From Myxococcota bacterium (GTDB lineage Bacteria > Myxococcota_A > SURF-8), in the NCBI GenBank assembly GCA_965140415.1, contig OZ223209.1:544001-608000 (forward strand): a stretch of DNA of 64,000 bases. The letters are read 5' to 3'. The notes below the pieces were generated by a model. It was not told the origin of the DNA. It did no database searches and saw only the letters and a list, made by a program, of their open reading frames with translations. Positions 18,506 to 28,890 of the stretch are shown here, in pieces. The position numbers and the translations under genes are program-made. Positions within the stretch are counted from its first letter, which is position 1. Each line of letters starts with the position of its first letter.

Positions 18506-20806
18506 TTACGGTTTGACGGGATCGTCGTCTTCTTTCAAGCCGCAGTCGCGCGGGCAATTGCATTTGCTTTCACCCGGACCACAGATCCGATCCCCGCAGT
18601 TCGTGCAGAAAAAGCCGTCGTTGCAGGGCAGGCAATTACCGAAAGCATCGGCTTCATCGCAGCCGATTTCGATCAGGCCGGTACAGCAGTTTACTTCGTT
18701 CGGGCCGTAGTACACACGTTGGCCTTCCCCGGCGCAGTCGGTTTGTCCATCGCAATCCTGTGGGCAGTTACACTTGTTCTCACCCGGACCACACAGGCCG
18801 TTGCCGCAATACGTACAATAGAAGAACTCATCGCAGCCGCCGTAACAGGAGCCGTTCAGGTTGGGTTCGTCACAACCGATGGCCACCAGCCCCTGGCAGC
18901 ATTCGCGCTGATCGGGACCGATTGCTTCCATTTCACCCTCGAAGACGCACTGGTTCGTGCCGTCGCAGTCGGTCGGGCAGTTGCACTGGTTTTCGTTTTC
19001 GCCGCATTGGCCGTTGCCGCAGCGCGTGCAGTAGTTCAGCACACCACATTCGATACAGACTTCATTGTCGGGATCGAAAAAATCACAGGGGATTTTGTAT
19101 AGACCCGAGCAGCAGTTAGGTGCACCGGTTGTATTGGGAACTTCTTCGCCTTCCTGTATGCAGGTGGAGCCGCTTTCGCAGTCCTCGGGGCAGTTACATT
19201 CGTTTTCGCGCGTATCGCAACTGCCGTTTCCGCAGTAGGTGCAGTAGAAAGATCCGGTGCATTCCTGGCAGCTTCCGGTACCGACGTCGTAGGTATCGCA
19301 ATCGATATGATCCAGTCCCTCGCAGCAGTCGGGATTACCTGCGCCTTCCGTTCCGGCTCGACCTTCCTGAATGCAGGGCGGCTCCAGCGGACAATCCTGC
19401 TCGCAATTGCAGTAGTTTTCACCGGGTCCACACTGGCCGTTTCCGCAGAGCGTACAGTAATTGTAGGCAAAACAGACTTCACATTGCTCGGTCTGTGGAT
19501 TCAACACGCTGCAATCGATTGCGGTCAATCCTTCGCAGCAATCACCCGTACCGGGCATGCCGGTCGTACCGCCTTCTTGGATGCAACTCGGACCATCTTC
19601 GCAATCCGCCGGACAATTGCATTCGTTTTCACCGGGACCGCATTCATCATTGCCGCAGCGCGAGCAGTAATAGGTGCCGGTGCATTCGCTGCATTCTGCC
19701 GGATCGCCCTCCGGTTCGGAACATCCTACCGATACCAGCCCATCGCAGCAATCCAGCGCGTTGGGACCGACGGTGCCGCTTTCTCCTTCTTCCACACACA
19801 ACAAAGGAGCTTCGCAGTCAGAGGAGCAATTGCAATAGGTTTCGCCGGGACCACATTCTCCATTTCCGCATTGAGTGCAGTAAAACGAGCCGGTGCAACC
19901 CTGGCAGATTCCCTGGGCGTTGGGGGCGTCGCAACCGATCTGGGTCAGTCCGTTGCAGCAGTCAGGAGCGTCGGCAGTGACTGCCCAGCTTCCACCATCT
20001 TCGATACAATCTTGAGCGAAATCGCAATCTTGCGGACAGTTACAGGGGTTTTCACCCGCTCCGCAGCTGTCATCGCCGCAGGCCGCGCAGAAAAAGGTGC
20101 CTTCGCACTCTTCGCATACGCTCTGGGCGTTGGGAGCATCACAGCTGATTTCTACCAGATCCCCGCAACAGGGAGGGGCATCGGGGGAAATCGCCGCCGA
20201 TTCCCCCGCTTCCAGGCAAAGACCGTCCACGTCCCAGTCACCATCCGGGGCATCGCCGTCGGGACCATCACCATCGGCAATATCGGGGTCGCCATCCACG
20301 ACGTCACCATCGGCAATATCGGGATCGCCGTCTACGACGTCACCATCGGCAATATCGGGATCGCCGTCTACGACATCGCCATCGGGAAGATCAGGGTCAC
20401 CATCGACTTTATCACCATCAGGGAGATCGGGGTCGCCGTCTACGACATCACCATCTGGAATATCGGGGTCGCCGTCTACGACGTCACCATCGGCAATATC
20501 GGGATCGCCGTCTACGACATCGCCATCGGGAAGATCAGGGTCACCATCGACTTTATCACCATCGGGCTGGTCGGTATCGCCATCGACTTTATCGCCATCG
20601 GGTAGATCGGGGTCGCCATCGACTTGATCGCCATCAGGCAGATCGGGATCGCCATCGACCTGATCGCCATCAGGTGTGTCTGGGTCGCCATCCACGACAT
20701 CGCCATCGGGAGTATCTCCGTCCGGTCCGTTGTCGGAGCCGGGACAGCCTGCAAGCGTCACGGCCAGCAGCCAAACGACCATCACCCACAACATTCCATA
20801 CTTCAT
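18506..20806 (-). CDS. Lipoprotein with long DGD-repeat stalk and eight 12-Cys repeats
   Basis: LAGC lipobox; start at MKYGML; twelve 12-aa DGD units, then eight approx. 70-aa repeats ending CGxGENxCNCPxDC. Confidence 0.88.
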   Translation of the reverse strand: MKYGMLWVMVVWLLAVTLAGCPGSDNGPDGDTPDGDVVDGDPDTPDGDQVDGDPDLPDGDQVDGDPDLPDGDKVDGDTDQPDGDKVDGDPDLPDGDVVDGDPDIADGDVVDGDPDIPDGDVVDGDPDLPDGDKVDGDPDLPDGDVVDGDPDIADGDVVDGDPDIADGDVVDGDPDIADGDGPDGDAPDGDWDVDGLCLEAGESAAISPDAPPCCGDLVEISCDAPNAQSVCEECEGTFFCAACGDDSCGAGENPCNCPQDCDFAQDCIEDGGSWAVTADAPDCCNGLTQIGCDAPNAQGICQGCTGSFYCTQCGNGECGPGETYCNCSSDCEAPLLCVEEGESGTVGPNALDCCDGLVSVGCSEPEGDPAECSECTGTYYCSRCGNDECGPGENECNCPADCEDGPSCIQEGGTTGMPGTGDCCEGLTAIDCSVLNPQTEQCEVCFAYNYCTLCGNGQCGPGENYCNCEQDCPLEPPCIQEGRAGTEGAGNPDCCEGLDHIDCDTYDVGTGSCQECTGSFYCTYCGNGSCDTRENECNCPEDCESGSTCIQEGEEVPNTTGAPNCCSGLYKIPCDFFDPDNEVCIECGVLNYCTRCGNGQCGENENQCNCPTDCDGTNQCVFEGEMEAIGPDQRECCQGLVAIGCDEPNLNGSCYGGCDEFFYCTYCGNGLCGPGENKCNCPQDCDGQTDCAGEGQRVYYGPNEVNCCTGLIEIGCDEADAFGNCLPCNDGFFCTNCGDRICGPGESKCNCPRDCGLKEDDDPVKP
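20236..20723 (-). repeat. Coding tandem repeat (36-nt / 12-aa DGDxVDGDPDxx)
   Basis: Twelve near-identical units visible in DNA and protein; boundaries approximate. Confidence 0.85.
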
Positions 20807-21164
20807 TGTGCCTTCTCCATTCCCATAACTAGCTTGACGGCCCAAGCGAGGGTTCCAGTTTCCTTATTATAGACGGTAAAAGCTGGAATTTCACATTTTT
20901 TTTCCCCAGTCTTTTGTATCTGGGAAATCAGGCGTTAAAGACGATATTCAAACGATTATTAAAAAAACGATTGCGACAAGCATATCTGGGCTGGTATCAC
21001 ATAGAAACAGGTTGAATCTCATTTCTATAAGGGGTCCGCCACCCCCTGAGCCGACAACGTTGTCGATGAGATCGCCACCGATCGGCAGGGATCGGAAAAC
21101 AGAGAGCGTGAACCGACGACCACTTCCTGACGGCTTTGCTTCGGTTCCATCATGGATAAACTTC

Positions 21165-22541
21165 ATGAAAGTGTTATTGATTTCGACGAATAAGCTGCAG
21201 ACACCCTACGCGGTGTATCCGATAGGTCTGGACTATGTAGTCGGAGCGATTTCTCCCTCTCATGATGTCCGGGTGCTGGATTTGTGTCATCGAGGCGGCA
21301 ACGACTGTGTTGGGGAGGAAATTCGCGACTTCCAGCCGGATGTGGTCGGGCTTTCGCTGCGCAATATCGACAATTCCGAAGTGAATAACCCTGAGCCATA
21401 TTATGAAGATTACCGGGATATCGTGGCGCGTATCCGGCAGAACAGCCAGGCTCCCATCGTGCTAGGTGGTGCGGGATTCAACATCATGCCGGATCGATTC
21501 ATGGAGGCATTGCAAACCGAATACGGTGTGGTCGGCGATGGCGGACGTCTGCGCTGGATTTTGCAGCAACTGGAAAACGGTGAACCCATTTCAGATGGTC
21601 CCGGCGTAATTACCCACAAATCGGTCGACAGCCCGCAAAACTGGTCGTTCGATACTTCCTGGACAGAGGAAACGCTCCGGGCTTTCGATCCAAAAGATCC
21701 GCGTGTCGCGTTTTATCTGAAAGATGGCGGCATGCTCAACCTGCAAACCACGCGCGGCTGTCCATTTCACTGTATTTACTGTACATATCCCAACCTAGGT
21801 GGCAAGCAGTTGCAGCGCTTCGAGCCCAAAACCGTGGCGGAAGTCGCTTTGCAGTTGCAGCAGGCGGGGGCGAAGTTTCTGTACGTAACCGACTCCTCTT
21901 TCAATGCCGATATCGCGCACAGTTTGGATGTCGCCGAGGCGCTGAAAGCGGCGGGAGTCACAATCCCCTGGGGAGCTTTCATCACGCCGATACGGATGCC
22001 GAAGGATTATTACAAGCGCCTGGCCGACTGCGGTTTCACGCACACCGAATTTGGCACCGATGTATTGAGCGTCGAGATGCTGAGAAACATGCAAAAGCCC
22101 TTTACCATCGAAACGGTCATGCAGAATCACGAACAAGCCGCCGAAGCGGGTTTGTATATCGCGCATTATTTCACCTTTGGCGGTCCGGGAGAAACGGAAG
22201 AAACACTCAAAGAAAGCCTGGATCACGCTGAAGAACTGACCGACAGTGTGCTCTCCTTCTTCTGCGGTATCCGCATTTATCCGCATACCCGCATCTATGA
22301 CATCGCCCTGCAACAGGGACAAGTAAGCGCCGATGATGATCTGCTGAAGCCGATCTTCTATCATAGCGCAGGGATTTCACCAGAAACCGTGGTGGAGCGC
22401 GTGAAAGAACGCGCCAAGGGTCGCTTTAACTGGACCATCGGTTCCGGTGACGAGCGCATGCTCAAGGCGAAACAGCGTATGTATAAGTATGGTTATACAG
22501 GACCGCTGTGGGAAAAGCTGATCCGCCCATCCTTCGGCTAG
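21165..22541 (+). CDS. B12-binding domain radical SAM protein (resembles the lipid-biosynthesis-associated family)
   Basis: MKVLLIS..PYAVYPIGLDY N-terminus, GLSLRNIDN, CPFHCIYC cluster motif, GGPGET. Confidence 0.88.
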   Translation: MKVLLISTNKLQTPYAVYPIGLDYVVGAISPSHDVRVLDLCHRGGNDCVGEEIRDFQPDVVGLSLRNIDNSEVNNPEPYYEDYRDIVARIRQNSQAPIVLGGAGFNIMPDRFMEALQTEYGVVGDGGRLRWILQQLENGEPISDGPGVITHKSVDSPQNWSFDTSWTEETLRAFDPKDPRVAFYLKDGGMLNLQTTRGCPFHCIYCTYPNLGGKQLQRFEPKTVAEVALQLQQAGAKFLYVTDSSFNADIAHSLDVAEALKAAGVTIPWGAFITPIRMPKDYYKRLADCGFTHTEFGTDVLSVEMLRNMQKPFTIETVMQNHEQAAEAGLYIAHYFTFGGPGETEETLKESLDHAEELTDSVLSFFCGIRIYPHTRIYDIALQQGQVSADDDLLKPIFYHSAGISPETVVERVKERAKGRFNWTIGSGDERMLKAKQRMYKYGYTGPLWEKLIRPSFG

Positions 22542-22643
22542 TTGTTGAAGTGCAACAACTTCCCTTCTGTTCGTGCAAGAGTTGCCTTTCTCTTTGATTC
22601 AATTTACTATTTCATGCAACAGATTCTTTAGAGAGGGGTTGCC

Positions 22644-25600
22644 ATGAAAAGATTTCTGTTTCTGCCGATCATTCTGGCGTTGGGTTTACTTTGCGCCTGT
22701 AACGAAGAGGACAATTCCAATCAGCCGGACGGTGATTGGAGCGTTCCCGCAGACGGCGACTCGGAATGGAGCTGGACGGAGTTGGATCTTCCGATCGAAG
22801 CTCCCAGCGGCCCCCGCTTACCCGACTGCCTCTCCGGCGATTCGCCCGAAGGTTGCGCGCAAGCGCCGCAACTGTCCTCTTGCCCCGCTGGCGTAACGGC
22901 CTTCGGCTGTCCGACGCCACCGGCACTTGAAAACTGGAACTGCCCGACCTCCTGGCGCAGCGTCGCTCTGTTCAGCAACGAAAACGGCGAGGCTGATCCA
23001 CCGCAAGAATTGTCCGGAGTGACCGCCTGCCAGCCGCCATCGGCACCGACGGATTGTCCCGCCGATCAGCGTGCGCAACTGGGCGAAACGGTTTGTGTGC
23101 CAATCGGCAGCGCCTGCCCGAGCGGCGATTTCCCCGAACCGCCCGCCAACACAGACGGAACCGTGAGGTACGTGCGCCAGGGTTCTACAAATGGCAACGG
23201 AACGCAGGCCGCTCCATATGCAAGCATCGCGCAAGCCATTAGCGCCGCAGCAGCAGGAGATGTCATCCTGATCGGGCCGGGAACCTACGTCGATCTGCTC
23301 CAGATCGACAAGCCGCTCACGCTGATCGGTGCCTGTGTGGCTAAAACCCGCCTGAAAGTTCCCCAGGGAAATGGAGATCTCGATACCGCCGCGATTCACA
23401 TTCAGGAAGCATCCGTTACCCTGAAAAATCTGGCGTTGATGGGGCAGCAAAACGGTTTGACCATCAAAGGAGAAAGCGCCGTGGTGACGGCCTCCGGTCT
23501 GTTGATCGAGGATGCCAGTGGCAGCGGCATTCGCATTTCTTCCGGCGTGCTGCGGCTGTCCGGTTCACGCATTGCAAATTCGATTTCATCTTACGCAGGT
23601 GGTACGGGACAAGGTATCACGGCGCTCGATGGTGCAACGCTAACGATTTCGGACAGCGTGCTCGAAGGCAATCGCGATGCAGCGATTTCACTGCGCGGTC
23701 AACGCGGTGACATTCCCAGCTCCGCAACCTTGAATAATGTGCTGCTGCGCAACACCCACAAAGGCGCGGCTTCTTACAGCGGTTTCGGTCTAGCGTTATA
23801 CGATGGCGCACAAGCGCGTCTGTCTGCCGTGTGGCTCGATCGAAATCATGGCGCGGGAATTCTTGCCACCGCTGCCACTCCCGGTTTGTTGCCTTATCTC
23901 GAATTGACGGATGTTGCTGTTACCGATACGCAGCCCAATGAAAGCGACGAATACGGGCGTGGCTTGCATGCGGACGGCGGCGCGAATATTTCGGCGCAAC
24001 GCCTGCTTCTCTCCGGCAATCACGAAATCGGCCTGTATTTATCCGATGTGGGAAGTAGCCTGGATGCAACGGATCTGTGGATCGTCGATTCATTACCCAG
24101 TCCCAACGGGGATCTGTCCAGCGCCTTGTGGCTGCAAAGCGGCGCGCAGGCTACCATAAAACGCGGTGTAATCGACCGAGCGGGCGGCGTTGGCGTTTTC
24201 GCCACCAGCGTGGCTTCTTCCACGGCGACCCAATTGACATTTTCCGATCTTGTGGTTCGCAACACCTTAGAAAACAGCAACGGTCGCCCGGACAGCGGCA
24301 TCCAGCTTCAGGCGGGAGCGACACTGTCACTTACACGCGCATTGCTGATCGGCAATCGCGATAGCGGCCTGTTGTGCTTGGGCAGCGAGCAAAGCGGACC
24401 GACGTTGGCTCAGCTCACCGATGTCACGGTACGTGATACCTGGTCCGCCGATTACAGTTCCAACGGACGCGGCATCTGGGTGCAGCAGGGAGCGCGTGTC
24501 GAACTTTCAAGGGGGCTGATCGCCAATAACCGCATGGCGGGACTCTATGTGTTCGATGAATACGACGACATGCCCATACACGAACCGAGTACGCTTATTG
24601 CCTCCGACGTGGTGGTCTGTGACACCGCTCCCAATCCAGGCGGCAAGGGTGGTCATGGGCTGAATATCGAAAATGGCGGTACCGTCGAATTGTCGCGGGT
24701 GCGCTTTGAAAGCAACACCGAGTTAGGAATTTTATTGAGCAATACCGGTGTAGCGCTGGCTTCCATGTTGACGGCAGAAGATCTTAGTGTGTTGGATACG
24801 CAGGCCAACGCAGAAGGTGATTATGGGCGCGGATTGGAAGTGCAGGATGGTTCCGTGGCGTCGGTGACCCGTTCCGTATTCGACAATAACCGCGATATTG
24901 CCGTATTTGCTAGCAGTTACCAGAGTCTCTCGCAAACCGAGTTGACGCTCGATCAAACCTTGATCCGCAATACGCAACTCAACAAGCTGGGCGGCTTCGG
25001 GCGCGGTCTGGCGGTGCAGCATGGAGCGTTGGCGGAAGTGCATCAACTTCGGTTGAGTGACAATCGAGATCACGCCATTTTCGCCTATGGCAATCGGAAG
25101 GAGCAGCAGCAGGAATACCAGACGTATCTTGAACTGTACGATGTCCTGGTAGAGGACACCACCTCCAATGCGGCAGGGCGTTTCGGGCGCGGGTTGACGT
25201 TGCGTGGTGAGGGGCGCGTGATTGTGGAACGCGGGCGTTTCAGTAGGAATCAGGAAGTGGGTGTGATGGTGCGCGGCCTGGAAAAGCCGGAAGAGGGCGA
25301 AGATACCCGGCAGCCGTCGACCATCGACTTAACGGACGTGATCATCGAAGACACCCGCTTCGCCACCTGTGGCGAAGAAGAGGATGGCACCTGCATCGTC
25401 AACGGTGTTAATTATGCTTCGGGTAACGGCCTCGTGGTGATTTCAGATGGACGTGCCACTTTGCAGAGTTTCATCATTTTCGGTTCGGACATGGCCGGGA
25501 TGCAGATCGAGCAGGATGGAATCGTGCAGGCCAATACCGGTATCATCACCGGAAATCGTATCGGGATGAACATCAACGATCCCAGTTACGATATGACACA

Positions 25601-25700
25601 ACTACAGGATGAAGTTTATAGTTACGGAAATTCCGAAGAAGATCTTTCCCAGGCAGCCATTCCCCTACCGGATACCGCCGATGCCGGAGGACACGAGTAG
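22644..25700 (+). CDS. Lipoprotein with Cys-rich N-terminus and right-handed parallel beta-helix repeats
   Basis: LCAC lipobox, PDGD..ADGD linker, YVRQG..GNGTQAAPYASIAQAI..GDVILIGPGTY, then repeated GRGL..N...G beta-helix turns. Confidence 0.85.
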   Translation: MKRFLFLPIILALGLLCACNEEDNSNQPDGDWSVPADGDSEWSWTELDLPIEAPSGPRLPDCLSGDSPEGCAQAPQLSSCPAGVTAFGCPTPPALENWNCPTSWRSVALFSNENGEADPPQELSGVTACQPPSAPTDCPADQRAQLGETVCVPIGSACPSGDFPEPPANTDGTVRYVRQGSTNGNGTQAAPYASIAQAISAAAAGDVILIGPGTYVDLLQIDKPLTLIGACVAKTRLKVPQGNGDLDTAAIHIQEASVTLKNLALMGQQNGLTIKGESAVVTASGLLIEDASGSGIRISSGVLRLSGSRIANSISSYAGGTGQGITALDGATLTISDSVLEGNRDAAISLRGQRGDIPSSATLNNVLLRNTHKGAASYSGFGLALYDGAQARLSAVWLDRNHGAGILATAATPGLLPYLELTDVAVTDTQPNESDEYGRGLHADGGANISAQRLLLSGNHEIGLYLSDVGSSLDATDLWIVDSLPSPNGDLSSALWLQSGAQATIKRGVIDRAGGVGVFATSVASSTATQLTFSDLVVRNTLENSNGRPDSGIQLQAGATLSLTRALLIGNRDSGLLCLGSEQSGPTLAQLTDVTVRDTWSADYSSNGRGIWVQQGARVELSRGLIANNRMAGLYVFDEYDDMPIHEPSTLIASDVVVCDTAPNPGGKGGHGLNIENGGTVELSRVRFESNTELGILLSNTGVALASMLTAEDLSVLDTQANAEGDYGRGLEVQDGSVASVTRSVFDNNRDIAVFASSYQSLSQTELTLDQTLIRNTQLNKLGGFGRGLAVQHGALAEVHQLRLSDNRDHAIFAYGNRKEQQQEYQTYLELYDVLVEDTTSNAAGRFGRGLTLRGEGRVIVERGRFSRNQEVGVMVRGLEKPEEGEDTRQPSTIDLTDVIIEDTRFATCGEEEDGTCIVNGVNYASGNGLVVISDGRATLQSFIIFGSDMAGMQIEQDGIVQANTGIITGNRIGMNINDPSYDMTQLQDEVYSYGNSEEDLSQAAIPLPDTADAGGHE

Positions 25701-25754
25701 AATAGGTATTATGCCAGTTCTTCACTACTGTCCAAAATAATCCTGATTCCTTCA

Positions 25755-25819
25755 GTTGGAGCATGGGCTTCTGCCCTGCTCCAAACGTTTGTCTTCTTGG
25801 TCGGGACAGGAGCCCTGAC
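25755..25819. repeat. Composite REP-like repeat, copy 2
   Basis: GTTGGAGCATGGGCTTCTGCCCTGCTCC plus GTCGGGACAGGAGCCCTGAC (17/20 to 11795-11814). Confidence 0.7.
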
Positions 25820-26015
25820 TGAAAATGAATGGTTCAAGACAGAGCCTTGAACCATCAAATCGAAGATCGCGGAAGGCTGTGGCTCTTCAACAAGTTACAC
25901 ACGGCCTCCCGGAATTTCCATTCCGTGAGACCATGGCACATCGTGATTACTCGATGGACAGAAATGAATGATATCTGCTCTAGTGCTACCATGAAGAAGG
26001 TCGCTCTTTCGAACA

Positions 26016-26063
26016 TTCTCTCCCCCATAAACGACTGGAAGCGGGCATTTCACCCGCTTCCAG
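26016..26063. repeat. Approx. 45-nt repeat with palindrome, copy 1 (pairs with 28891-28939)
   Basis: TTCTCTCCCCCATAAACGACTGGAAGCGGGCATTTCACCCGCTTC. Confidence 0.7.
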
Positions 26064-26094
26064 CTATTAAGCTAAGCGCTTATGCAACCATGCA

Positions 26095-28647
26095 CTACGG
26101 CGTGTCGGTGTAGCAATCCATCATCAACTGGTTACAGGGATGATTCGAATCGCTGGAAATATTGGATACGCAACTGTTCACATCAGCCGCGCCGCTGCAT
26201 TCATTAGCAACGCATTCGTTGAAATCAAGGTATAGCTGGCGTGCATCCGTGGTCGCTTCTCCAATGCAATCCCCATATAAGACGGGATACAGGTTCAGCG
26301 TCATGATCCCCGAGGTAACCGAACTCATGAAACAAGTGGAGACATCCCAGCAGGTTTCGTAGGTACAGGGCGCTCCGGTCACTTCGCATGATTCGGGCGG
26401 ATCGCCATAAGCTGCCCGGCCCGCTTCGTAACACGCACCGCCGGGGTAGTTATAGAAAATCAGTGCCATAAAGTCCTGTGTCTGACTCATGCAGGCAAGA
26501 TAGTTATCCAAGGCCAATATGGAACTTTCATCCGCTTGTTCCAGGCACGTGAAATAGGCTGCCAGATCGTAGGACAGGATCGAGTTGCTCAGACAATTAT
26601 ACAGGGTCAAGGCGTCGGTGCAGCCTGTTTGCGACTGCGCCGGATCGCAATATTCGGGATCGAAACACGTGGTGTATTCGCTCCCGCATACACCCTGCGG
26701 CAACATCATCGAAGCCGGATCGACCATTTGAGTTCCACCAATAACGTTGGTCACGCAGTCCATCAGATCTGTAGCCTGTGTCATGGCGTCTTCTGATACC
26801 AAGGACATGTCAATAGTCTGACCGGACATTTGAGCGCTCATGAGATCCCCGCAGGTAAGACAATTGGAGTACAACGTCGGATCGCAGGTCCAGTTCTGTG
26901 CGCAGTCCATCAACGCGTTATATTCCGTCTGGCACTCCGTCAGGTTCGCCGCACAGCCCAATCGCTCCATGCTGAATTGTTCGCCGGTGCAACCGTTTGC
27001 CACTGCGCAATCGTCCACATCCTGAACATATTGCAGCGCACGCGGTTCCGCCTGCGCCGTGCAATCATCCCGGCAGGCAGGGAAGGAGGCCGCATCGGTC
27101 GGACAGTTGCCTAAACATGTTACGAGACCGTAACAGGTAAGCCCTTGTTCCGGCAAATCCTCCGTGCAGATTCCATTGACGCAGGTTTCGTCGGGATCGG
27201 CACAGGTGCCGCAGCTTCCACCGCAACCATCGTCGCCGCATTCCAGCCCACTGCAATCGGGGACGCATACGACGTCGCCATCCACCACACTGTCGCCATC
27301 GACAATGCTGTCGCCGTCCACCACCGCATCACCATCGATTACTGCATCTCCATCCACTACCGAATCGCCATCGGCCTGACAATCCGTAATCGACGCGTCG
27401 TGGTCGTCGCAGTCGAGATTGTTGGTGCTGGTTCCGGTGGGCGCCTGTGCTCCGCTGCACCAGTCGGTCGAATGATCGCCCATATAGCCGTAGCCATCGT
27501 CGTCACGGTCGGGATACACAACCAGGATCTGCCAGACAGAGGCGTTCCAGTCGTTGCAGTCGCTTTCGCCGTTAAGTTGCTCGTACCAGTTGGGAGGTAG
27601 TGTGTCGCCCGTGCATACTTCGGAAGGACCATCGTCGTAATCCGCCGGATGGCCGTCCTGATCGTAATCGGGATAACCGTACAGGATCTGGTATACGCTG
27701 GAATCGTGGTCGTTGCAGTCCAGACCGGCGGCGCAATTGACGCCGTAGCCATCCTGATCGATATCTTCGCATGCACCGTCGCCGCTATCGCCATCGGGAC
27801 CGCTCTGGCCGCAATCGCAGTCGAAGACGCTGCTGTCGTGATCGTCGCAATCCTGATTGTTTTCGGATGTGCCGACGGGAGCCTGATCGCCACTGCACCA
27901 CTCGGTTAGATGGTCGCCGCAGTAGCCGTAGCCATCGCCATCACGATCGGGATAGACATCCAGAATGCGCCAGACGCTGCTGTCCCAGTCGTTGCAGTCG
28001 CTTTCGCCGTTCAACTGTTCTGCCCAGTTTGCAGGCAGCGAATCGCCGGTGCACAGCCGCGAGGGCCCGTCGTCGTAATCCGCCGGGTGACCATCCTGGT
28101 CGTAGTCGGGATAACCGAATAAGATGTTGAAGCGGCTGGAGTCGCTTTCGTCGCAGTCGGGACCGGCCTGGCAATCCACACCGTAGCTGTCCTGGTCGTA
28201 ATCCTGGCAGTTTCCGGATTGTCCTACCAGTTGGATCGGCGTCATGTAGCCGCCGTCGGAAATCACGTCGCCTTCGACGATCCAAATCGGTCCGGCGGCT
28301 TCGGGTTGGGTGGCTTGATCGGCATAACCGAAGATCCGCACACTCACCTCTGCGCCATCCGGAATTCTGGAAACCGCCGCCTTGGCTGTGCGGTCGGAGT
28401 TGATCTGCAATTGCTGCTTAACCGGCGCTTGCTGTCCAGGCCACGTGAGTTCCGCTACAAGTTCTGCGACCTGCTGCGGCGCGCGTTCGATCTGAAGGAA
28501 CACAGAGCCTTCATCAGTTGGCGTCGCCTGAAGTTCGCCGTCCAAACCCTCATAGGGCCAGACTGCCTCTTCTCCACTGTCCGTCGAGCAACCGATCACT
28601 CCCAAAGCGAACAGACCGACAGCCACACATGTCAGGAATTTTTTCAT
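26095..28647 (-). CDS. Lipoprotein with putative metal-binding (MopE-like DxDxDGYG...DCxD) repeats, DGD linker and Cys-rich helical repeats
   Basis: VIGC lipobox; start at MKKFL; duplicated block of DxDxDG(Y/H)..DC(N/D)D motifs; six DGD at 6-aa period; CVPDCSGLECGDDGCGGSCGTC module. Confidence 0.85.
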   Translation of the reverse strand: MKKFLTCVAVGLFALGVIGCSTDSGEEAVWPYEGLDGELQATPTDEGSVFLQIERAPQQVAELVAELTWPGQQAPVKQQLQINSDRTAKAAVSRIPDGAEVSVRIFGYADQATQPEAAGPIWIVEGDVISDGGYMTPIQLVGQSGNCQDYDQDSYGVDCQAGPDCDESDSSRFNILFGYPDYDQDGHPADYDDGPSRLCTGDSLPANWAEQLNGESDCNDWDSSVWRILDVYPDRDGDGYGYCGDHLTEWCSGDQAPVGTSENNQDCDDHDSSVFDCDCGQSGPDGDSGDGACEDIDQDGYGVNCAAGLDCNDHDSSVYQILYGYPDYDQDGHPADYDDGPSEVCTGDTLPPNWYEQLNGESDCNDWNASVWQILVVYPDRDDDGYGYMGDHSTDWCSGAQAPTGTSTNNLDCDDHDASITDCQADGDSVVDGDAVIDGDAVVDGDSIVDGDSVVDGDVVCVPDCSGLECGDDGCGGSCGTCADPDETCVNGICTEDLPEQGLTCYGLVTCLGNCPTDAASFPACRDDCTAQAEPRALQYVQDVDDCAVANGCTGEQFSMERLGCAANLTECQTEYNALMDCAQNWTCDPTLYSNCLTCGDLMSAQMSGQTIDMSLVSEDAMTQATDLMDCVTNVIGGTQMVDPASMMLPQGVCGSEYTTCFDPEYCDPAQSQTGCTDALTLYNCLSNSILSYDLAAYFTCLEQADESSILALDNYLACMSQTQDFMALIFYNYPGGACYEAGRAAYGDPPESCEVTGAPCTYETCWDVSTCFMSSVTSGIMTLNLYPVLYGDCIGEATTDARQLYLDFNECVANECSGAADVNSCVSNISSDSNHPCNQLMMDCYTDTP

Positions 28648-28890
28648 GACCGACTCCCTTTTTGTATTCGGCACCGATCCGACAACAGGTAGATACCCCT
28701 TTGCCCTCGGCAAAATCGACCGAATTTATCCCTCGAAACCACACTAAGTAGTAATCTTATAAGTTGCCTTAGAAAGATAAATGACCTGGCTGGGGATGTC
28801 AACTCCAAAATGGAAGTTTTAGAAGTATTAGGTAATTTAACAAAATATTCAATTATATTGAGTTAACTTGAGGTTGGCAGCATCCTGTTA

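Noticed and set aside
20236-20723. Regular 36-nt repeats resembling a CRISPR array
   Set aside because: No unique spacers; in-frame coding repeats with synonymous variation; no cas genes
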